Positions 58,801 through 64,000 of a stretch of DNA of 64,000 nt are shown one piece after another. Source of the DNA: an uncultured bacterium (GTDB taxonomy: Bacteria; SAR324; NAC60-12). Under the pieces are notes generated by a model. That model was not told where the DNA came from. It ran no database searches and saw only the letters and a list, made by a program, of their open reading frames with translations. The stretch spans positions 21,328 to 85,327 of the forward strand of contig CBFIGY010000011.1 of the NCBI GenBank assembly GCA_965662235.1. Reading direction: 5' to 3'. The translations under genes were made by a program, and so were the position numbers. Within the stretch, counting starts at the first letter, position 1. Every line of letters starts with the position of its first letter.

Positions 58801-58850
58801 AAGGCATCGGGACCGCCTTTCACATTGAGCTTCCGGTCATCCGGACCTGA
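55812..58850 (+). CDS. multi-PAS sensor histidine kinase (at least five PAS/PAC modules, HisKA-like dimerisation domain, HATPase_c); cytoplasmic
   Basis: Repeated PAS_3-like modules with the recurring block LPSGTRRVIRD. Phosphoacceptor region LAAAVNHDLRQPLAIL. ATP-binding G-boxes GLGLAISQRIIQDHQGRIWAEPG. No TM segment. Confidence 0.9.
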   Translation: MPSVRPPLWIFTHSPLPDPPEASTRVLSLEQLQAAWSVAAVPVMITRLSDGQVRYANERAAQLLETSVAELTGQIIMTYYDPAEDRQQVLQDLREQGLLENRRIRGRTRTGALLVVRANLQLVQFDGEDCSLSTYQDVTEEEETNRLLIREHALLSLANSGARLSCWSWNPKTDAVWWNDYHYDLFEIPRGTQVTPSLFLERVSALDRARVAQAQRTPLTHTTSIEFELDLPSGTRRVIRDHARFLEVDGEQLILGTSQDITPDVEAQEQLAEKLKLMQMASELAKLGTWSQLEGWNEEWDPAMRHLLQVQAEEPTNFQKLMERFHPENAEEQKIRIQDADKQARAGHTVTGVYRFLMPDGTERFIRDYVSAYQKNGSSHLLGVIQDVTEAEQTRRALQEGLEMRRLASEGVRLCHWHWEVERNQSWWDDLHYELFEVTLGTPISAELFLSRVHPQDRERVKGEMRCTDSDQVHQLEYELALPSGTRRVIRDYSRFLQIGGRWKVIGASLDVTADVLLREALEEKLALMNLASDLAQMGFWAEREGGEEWWSDSMKELMQLKEGEPQQLSTYQNRFHPDFWRQQDQALVRADQQARRGKRSSTLYQFQLPDQSERLMRGYVGPRNDSGYLIGVVQDVTEPERQRDQLEQELELHRIANHAAQMGYFRRNLQTNETWMDDYLLQLFEMEADGWFDSDQVWDRLSPESLSRLLKARDEVVRSGKTEVELELRLPSGEQRWLRSHQQLYQEKGRHWILGVSQEVTESVKMWEVIRQNERLYAVGQLAAAVNHDLRQPLAILNIELGLMGRKLQQKPSQDLQKHVVNAHTALQHAGSIMDRSLGMTEQPRELKACCLSEVVLRTLELMETLLRKQELVPRFINHWEESSAEPQVLVQATELMLVLQNLLINARDALAARRLEVTTFGGDALQIKLQPVSAHQVRLSVVDQGVGIPEELLPEIFKPLVSTKHEHKSTGLGLAISQRIIQDHQGRIWAEPGTQGIGTAFHIELPVIRT

Positions 58851-58899
58851 CCCGCGCCCCTTCGCTTTCTCCGGACCGGGCCTCTGGCTCTGCTGCCTT

Positions 58900-58940
58900 C
58901 CCCGCTCTCTCGTCTCCTTGTCCTCACGTTTCCCTCCTTG
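58900..58940 (+). terminator. possible terminator after the PAS kinase gene
   Basis: CTTCC-GAT-GGAAG short hairpin followed by GCCGGCTTTTTG. Weak, and the coordinates are approximate. Confidence 0.3.
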
Positions 58941-59202
58941 CTTCCGATGGAAGGCCGGCTTTTTGTCCTCAAGAAATTCTCGCAGTGTTCTTGATGTCTC
59001 TTAGAAGAGAGTTAATGGCCTGAAATCATTTGATGAGTCTGTTGAAATATTTTTCCATGTTGGACGCGCAAAAAAGAACAGTGTTTTTTCCGCTTTATTT
59101 GTCTGATTTAGTTGGGTAAATTTTGGGGTCTTCTAAGATTCATTGCCTCTCAGGTGGATGAGGGATTCCTCATGGTGGCGACCACGGAGGTGATGCCATT
59201 CC

Positions 59203-61983
59203 TTGAGTCTCGACTGCTTGGTGCCCACGTCCACACTCTACAACAGTTTTAAAGTCGGATGCCTCCTGCTCCTGATCCTGGTGATGGGACGGGCAGGAGA
59301 GCCGCTGGCGCTGACGACTCCGGAGCCACGCCCGGTGGTGCTGGCTCCCGGATTTGAGCAGGTGAACCTAGGACCTCACTTGGAGTACCTAGAGGACCCA
59401 TCGGGCGCCCTGCGTGTGGAGGACCTGCTGCCGGCAAATGCCTCGCCTCCCTTTCAGGTCAACGAAGCGGCCGTGTTCAATGCCGGTTTGGTGCGGTCGC
59501 CGTACTGGTTCCGCTTTCGGGTGAAGAACCCGGGTCCTGTCTCTCAACGACTGGTGCTGTTCCTAGATCATGAGTTTCTGGAGTGGGACCTTTTTGAGCA
59601 GTCTCAGCAGCGTCCACCCCACCTGCTGAAATCAAAGCGCTTCCTAGAGTTGCTGCAGCAGGGCGCCACGCGCGAGGCGATCCTGGGAACCTCGATCGTG
59701 GTTCCGGCTGAGTCGGAAGTGACCTACCTGATGCGCCTCAATACCCAGTTTGAGATGAAGGCCCTGCTCTCCTTGTGGACCCCGGAGGCGCGGCAGCAGC
59801 AGAACCTGCGTGAGTCTCACTTCTATGGCTGGACCTGGGGCGGGGTCTTCATCTTTGCGATCTTTTTTGGGATCAGTTACGTTTCCCTCCGGGATCGCAT
59901 TTACCTCTACTACGCCTTCTTCCTCGTCGCCTTCCTGTACTTCCGGATTCTGGAGCGGATCTGGGTGGACCTGTTTCTGATCCGGGGACAGGGGATTTAC
60001 GAACTCGCGGTGTTTTTGGTGTTTGCCACCATCATGCTGGGATTGCGCTTTGCGCAGAAGCTGTTGCACCTGAAGGAAGCCTTTCCGCGGTTGAATCAGC
60101 TCAACAATTCCGTGGTGTTCGTCATCCTGCTGCTGCTGTTGCTCCTAGGCGACCTGTTTCTCCGCTACACCCTGGTCGCCTTGGTGACCGTGCTGGCGGT
60201 GCCCTGGGCCTGGACCTTTGGCTTCCTCTCGTGGCGCAAGGGAAATGAGCTGGCCAAGTACTTCTTGGCCGGACTGGGAGTGCTGCTGCTCGCGTCCATG
60301 ACCCTGCCACTGACGGCGTTGGGCGTGTTGGAAACCCAGACGTTTTACCGGCCTAGCATTGAGTTGGCGGCCTTGCTCGACTGCATCATCTTCTCAGTGG
60401 CGCTGGCGGCTCGGTTCCGGAGGGCCTTTCTGGAACGTGATCAGGCACAGCGGGAAGCGATCCGCAACCTTGAGGAAAACGAGCGCCTGCGCAGTCGGTT
60501 CCTGGCCAATGTGTCGCACGAACTGCGCACCCCGCTACACGGCATCATTGGGCTCTCAGAAACGGTCATGAAGGAGGCCCAACGGTACGGCTCGGAACGG
60601 GCCAAGAAGCACCTCAAGCTCATCATCCGCAACGGGCAGCGCCTCAACGGGCTGGTGGATAACCTGCTGGAGGTGTCTCTGGGACGACAGAGCAGCCTGA
60701 CAATTCTTCCGGAGCCAGTTGCCTTGAGGCCTCTGGTGCAAGAAGTGATGGGGCTCCTGGAGTCACAAAGCGGAGGGAACACGGTTGCGCTGCACAACGA
60801 GGTGGAAGCGGACCTGCCAGCGGTTCAGGCCGACCGGTCTCGGCTGGAGCAGGTGCTGCTCAATCTCCTCAACAACGCGCGCGTGCACACGCATCAAGGG
60901 ACCGTTCGGGTGCAGGCTCATGCCGAGGAACAAGCGGTGCGGATCGACGTGCTGGACGAAGGGGCCGGGGTGCCGGCTGAAGACCGAGAGCGCATCTTTG
61001 AGGCCTTTGAGCAGGGGACCGCGTTCACGCCCGGTTGCGAAACGGGGCTGGGGCTGGGGCTGAGCATCAGCCGAGAGATCGTTGAGGCTCATGGCGGACG
61101 AATCGGGGTGGAGGAGAATCCGCGAGGTGGAAGCCGCTTTTGGTTCACGCTTCCAAGGTCCGAAGAGCCCGCGTGGGACCCGGAGTTGACAGCCGAGTCT
61201 GCTTCTGTAAGTCAGGAGCAAGAGGTTCCTCAGCCCATGTCCCTCAATCCGGAGTCGTCGCTGGGGTCGGTGCTGGTGGTGGATGATGAGATCACAAACC
61301 TCTTCATCCTCATGAGTCACTTTGAGCAAGCCGGACTGAATGCTCACTTCTGCAGCAGTGGGCAGGAAGCCCTGTCCCTGTGGCAGCAGCATTCGTTTGA
61401 CCTCATCCTGTTAGACGTCCGGATGCCGAACATGGACGGTTATGAGGTCTGTGAAGTGATTCGCAAGCAGGCCTCCAAAGAAGAGCTGCCCATTCTCTTT
61501 TTAAGCGCCCTGACCCGTGGGGAAGACATCACCCAAGGCATTCAGGCAGGAGCAAATGATTACCTGTTCAAGCCGATTGTGCAGGCGGAGCTGCTGGCCC
61601 GCGTGTTTGCTTACCTGGAACTGAAGAAGCTCCGGCAACAGGAGCATGCACCAGACAGCACCGATTCGCTGTATGCCAGAAAGGAACTGCTGGCGCGCAC
61701 GCTGCAAGTCTGCCTCGAGGTTTGGGAGAGGGAATCCTCCGGAGGAATGATCGAGCTGGCTGAAGCCTCCGGCCTGTGGGGCGTTTACTACGACAAGACC
61801 AATGCCTCTTGGCGAGCCCCTCACCTGCGGCAGTACCTCTCTCCCAGCTCCATTCCGTCCAAGCCACGCTGGCGCAAGGTTGCACAGACGCTGGAATTCC
61901 TCATGAGGCGCCTGGATCCGGAGCACCCGGAGCAGTCTCGTCTCCTAGACCTGCATCACCAGATCCTCATTCACTTTTCCTGA
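59203..61983 (+). CDS. 7TMR-DISM hybrid sensor histidine kinase/response regulator (7TMR-DISMED2 periplasmic domain, 7TM, HisKA, HATPase_c, REC, plus a C-terminal ~130-aa extension)
   Basis: N-terminal signal plus a periplasmic carbohydrate-binding-like domain, then seven TM helices (IFIFAIFFGISYVSL..., LVTVLAVPWAWTFGFL...). H-box VSHELRTPLHGIIGLSE, G-box GLGLGLSISREIVEAHGGRIGVEENPRGGSRFWFTLP and a receiver (VLVVDDEITNLF...LLDVRMPNMDGYEV). The ORF-track start is a TTG at 59203, so the true start is uncertain. Confidence 0.85.
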   Translation: MSLDCLVPTSTLYNSFKVGCLLLLILVMGRAGEPLALTTPEPRPVVLAPGFEQVNLGPHLEYLEDPSGALRVEDLLPANASPPFQVNEAAVFNAGLVRSPYWFRFRVKNPGPVSQRLVLFLDHEFLEWDLFEQSQQRPPHLLKSKRFLELLQQGATREAILGTSIVVPAESEVTYLMRLNTQFEMKALLSLWTPEARQQQNLRESHFYGWTWGGVFIFAIFFGISYVSLRDRIYLYYAFFLVAFLYFRILERIWVDLFLIRGQGIYELAVFLVFATIMLGLRFAQKLLHLKEAFPRLNQLNNSVVFVILLLLLLLGDLFLRYTLVALVTVLAVPWAWTFGFLSWRKGNELAKYFLAGLGVLLLASMTLPLTALGVLETQTFYRPSIELAALLDCIIFSVALAARFRRAFLERDQAQREAIRNLEENERLRSRFLANVSHELRTPLHGIIGLSETVMKEAQRYGSERAKKHLKLIIRNGQRLNGLVDNLLEVSLGRQSSLTILPEPVALRPLVQEVMGLLESQSGGNTVALHNEVEADLPAVQADRSRLEQVLLNLLNNARVHTHQGTVRVQAHAEEQAVRIDVLDEGAGVPAEDRERIFEAFEQGTAFTPGCETGLGLGLSISREIVEAHGGRIGVEENPRGGSRFWFTLPRSEEPAWDPELTAESASVSQEQEVPQPMSLNPESSLGSVLVVDDEITNLFILMSHFEQAGLNAHFCSSGQEALSLWQQHSFDLILLDVRMPNMDGYEVCEVIRKQASKEELPILFLSALTRGEDITQGIQAGANDYLFKPIVQAELLARVFAYLELKKLRQQEHAPDSTDSLYARKELLARTLQVCLEVWERESSGGMIELAEASGLWGVYYDKTNASWRAPHLRQYLSPSSIPSKPRWRKVAQTLEFLMRRLDPEHPEQSRLLDLHHQILIHFS

Positions 61984-62272
61984 GCGTCTTCCACCCTGGG
62001 CATTTCTGCTGCTTGCCCAGAGCAGGCGGAGGCACTTCTTCAGGCGATTTTTCCGACCTTTCCTCTTCTTTTTCTCCGACCCCAGACCCTTCCTGTCAAA
62101 AAGGTCCCTAGAAAATTCAACGGTCTCCCGTCAGGTGCGTTCCGGAGGCTCTCTGTGTGGATTTATTTCAGATAAATATAATTTTAATGAAAATATAAAG
62201 CGGGTGTTGAAAGTCCGGATTCCTAGTCTCTTCCCTGCGGAGTTTTGGTAGAAGATCTTTTTCTGATGAGAC

Positions 62273-62289
62273 CCTGAGCTTCGCTCAGG
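62273..62289. other. stable stem-loop (CCTGAGC-TTC-GCTCAGG) in an AT-rich intergenic island
   Basis: Perfect 7-bp inverted repeat with a UUCG-type tetraloop. No adjacent U-tract on either strand. Confidence 0.4.
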
Positions 62290-62383
62290 AAAGCAACCCT
62301 GCGATGGGATTCAGTGGTTTGTGGCCTTCCTCCAGCGGTTTTTTCGGGAGCCGAGAGAAGCCTGTCTCAAGGAAGAGACTGCT

Positions 62384-62493
62384 AAATAATAAATAATATC
62401 AACTAGGTAAGCTTTAAACGCTCTAATCGTGCTTTTGGTTTTTTTAATAATAATATCAATATTTTAAATGTTGATTCGCGCTAACCGTGCTTA
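62384..62493. repeat. two tandem copies of an approximately 55-bp AT-rich element
   Basis: Copy 1 is AAATAATAAATAATATCAA-N18-CGCTCTAATCGTGCTT. Copy 2 is AATAATAATATCAATATTTTAAATGTTGATTCGCGCTAACCGTGCTT. The half-sites AATAATA(A)ATATCAA and CGC(T)CTAA(T/C)CGTGCTT are shared. Confidence 0.5.
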
Positions 62494-62826
62494 ATTCTTC
62501 CTTGCCGGTTGAAGAAGGGGCTCTATACAATTGCGGCCTGTGCTCTCGCCCTCAGGAAGTCGTGTTTAATGATTATTGAATATAGTCAATCAAAAGCTGA
62601 AAACGGTCACAATTTTGTCCTAAAAGGGGAAATGACGGAAAGTGAAGTGGAGGCTTTCATAACGTACTTGAGCCAGCTGCTTCACCCCCGGGAAGGACTC
62701 AAGGTTCAGGTGTCGTTGGACTGCTCTGAGTTGGTGGGAGGTGATTCCTGTGAGTGACACGATCGTGACTGGTCCCTTTAGAGGTGCAACACATTGAAAA
62801 ACGATCCGACCCCTGCATTTTTGTCG

Positions 62827-64000
62827 ATGTTGCCCACCCAAGTTCTTTGGGGGCGTCTGCTGCTGTTCCTGTTCCTGTTGCTCGGGATCGCTTCCTGCGA
62901 GCAAGGCGGTAAGAAAGAAGTGGAGCCGGACCTGATTCCTCCGGAGGCGCTGTCGCTTTCCTTCACCGATACCGGTGTCTCTGCGACGGATAACGTAACC
63001 CAGGATGGCACGATCACGATCGCCAACCTGGAAGCCTCGGCCTCGTGGCAGTACAGCGAAGACAACGGCACAACTTGGAACGCAAGGGACAACACCACGA
63101 CTTCGTTTGTCCTTGCGGAAGGGGTTTACTCCGCAGGAGAGGTTCAGGTTTATCAGACCGATGAGGCGGGGAACGACTCTCCGGTCAGTCGACTGGAGGC
63201 ACTGGTAGTGGATCAGAGCGTGGACGTACCGCAGCTGGCACTGGTTCAGGATACGGGTAATTCATCCAGTGACAACCTGACCCAAAACGGGGTGATGGCG
63301 GTCTCGGGGCTCGAGGCTGGAGCCAGCTGGGAGTACTCGGTGGACAGCGGTTGGAACTGGACGCCTGGCGTGGGAACGTCGGTGGAACTTCCTCCGCGGG
63401 TTTACCTCGAGGGCACCTTCCAGGTCCGTCAGACCGACCTAGCGGGCAATCAATCGGAGCCGGCCACCTTGGGACGGTTTGAGGTGGACACCACGTCACT
63501 GCTGCTGACGTTTCAGCTGCTGGAGGATACCGGAAGCGCAAGTGACGACTTTGTGACCCAAAACGGGATCATCCTGGTCCAGAACCTAGAGGTTGGCGCG
63601 CGCTGGGAGTACTCGCAGGACAACGGGAGCACTTGGGACAATGGCACAGTAGATAACTTTACTCTACCGGAAGGAAGTTATGCCGCCGGAGAGGTGCAGG
63701 TGCGTCAGGTGGATCCGGCAGGAAACCCATCAACGCCTGATGCAAACGAAGGCACCTGGGTCATTGACCAAACGCCTCCTGCTGCGCCAGCGGTCGCTTT
63801 GAAAGTGGATTCCGGAAGCTCCAGTGTCGATGGCCTGACCCGAAGTGCCACGCTGGTGGTGTCTGGGCTGGAAGACCAGGCGACCTGGGAAGCGTCTGAG
63901 GACAATGGCAGCACCTGGAAAGCGGGCGTGGGGACAGAGTGGACACCGACCTCTGGAACCAACTGGCCGGTGGGCACCTTGCAGGTCCGGCAGACCGACC
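62827..64000 (+). CDS. lipoprotein built of tandem Ig-like repeat domains (adhesin-like). The window holds only the N-terminal 391 aa; the gene continues beyond the right edge.
   Basis: Manual translation: MLPTQVLWGRLLLFLFLLLGIASC (lipobox LGIASC), then at least four ~95-aa repeats following the pattern D(T/S)G.S..D..T..G...(V/I)..LE....W.YS.DNG.TW........(F/W).L.....Y.AG.(V/L)QV(R/Y)QTD.AGN.S. It is not in the ORF track because the window ends before any stop codon. Confidence 0.7.
   Translation, partial: MLPTQVLWGRLLLFLFLLLGIASCEQGGKKEVEPDLIPPEALSLSFTDTGVSATDNVTQDGTITIANLEASASWQYSEDNGTTWNARDNTTTSFVLAEGVYSAGEVQVYQTDEAGNDSPVSRLEALVVDQSVDVPQLALVQDTGNSSSDNLTQNGVMAVSGLEAGASWEYSVDSGWNWTPGVGTSVELPPRVYLEGTFQVRQTDLAGNQSEPATLGRFEVDTTSLLLTFQLLEDTGSASDDFVTQNGIILVQNLEVGARWEYSQDNGSTWDNGTVDNFTLPEGSYAAGEVQVRQVDPAGNPSTPDANEGTWVIDQTPPAAPAVALKVDSGSSSVDGLTRSATLVVSGLEDQATWEASEDNGSTWKAGVGTEWTPTSGTNWPVGTLQVRQTD

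Noticed and set aside
62509-62757. 82-codon ORF (TTG start) annotated as a STAS/anti-sigma-antagonist gene
   Set aside because: It is too short. Its codon usage is very atypical for this genome (low GC3), and only the last 15 residues resemble a STAS terminus. It is reported in findings as uncertain instead.

Overview
This is a high-GC (roughly 63-65%) bacterial chromosomal segment from a diderm (Gram-negative-type) organism. The evidence for that is an outer-membrane beta-barrel, lipoproteins with lipoboxes, an RND efflux pump, a TonB-like protein, a Bor-family lipoprotein and a FliM homologue. Coding is dense and codon usage is strongly GC3-biased (CGG/CTG/GCC/CCG-rich). I found no rRNA, tRNA, CRISPR array, IS element or obvious prophage.

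Gene content, left to right:
- 1-5.5 kb, minus strand: the start of a dppB-like permease, a family-5 peptide-binding protein, an outer-membrane beta-barrel, a Gfo/Idh/MocA oxidoreductase and a GntR regulator.
- 5.6-9.1 kb, divergent from GntR: a translationally coupled four-gene operon of an LLM-class flavin monooxygenase, an aldo/keto reductase, a flavin reductase and an alpha/beta hydrolase.
- 9.2-22.6 kb, one plus-strand run: a sugar ABC transporter (binding protein, two permeases, ATPase), a right-handed beta-helix glycosidase-like protein, a PhyH dioxygenase, three Gfo/Idh/MocA oxidoreductases and a GH38 alpha-mannosidase.
- 22.7-25.3 kb: cobI and a cbiG-cobJ fusion, followed by a HAD hydrolase.
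- 26.4-29.2 kb: a DacA-like D-Ala-D-Ala carboxypeptidase, a Cys-rich lipoprotein and an SPFH/NfeD pair.
- 29.6-40.8 kb: a cupin, then an unbroken minus-strand run of RND pump, membrane-fusion protein, a 481-aa unknown protein, a MoxR AAA+ ATPase, gltX, rodA, a Bor lipoprotein and a NUDIX hydrolase.
- 40.8-49.6 kb: an orphan fliM, ihfB, a class II fbaA, yhhQ, a MATE transporter, a TonB-like protein, a lone tyrosine integrase and tatC.
- 49.6-64 kb, the least conserved part: a secreted 14-blade WD40 protein with a novel C-terminal domain, a two-gene operon of unknowns, a ChrR-type double cupin, a multi-PAS histidine kinase, a 7TMR-DISM hybrid kinase, an AT-rich intergenic island with tandem repeats, and the start of a lipoprotein built of tandem Ig-like repeats.

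About twelve long ORFs in the supplied track are antisense artefacts of high-GC DNA and were rejected.
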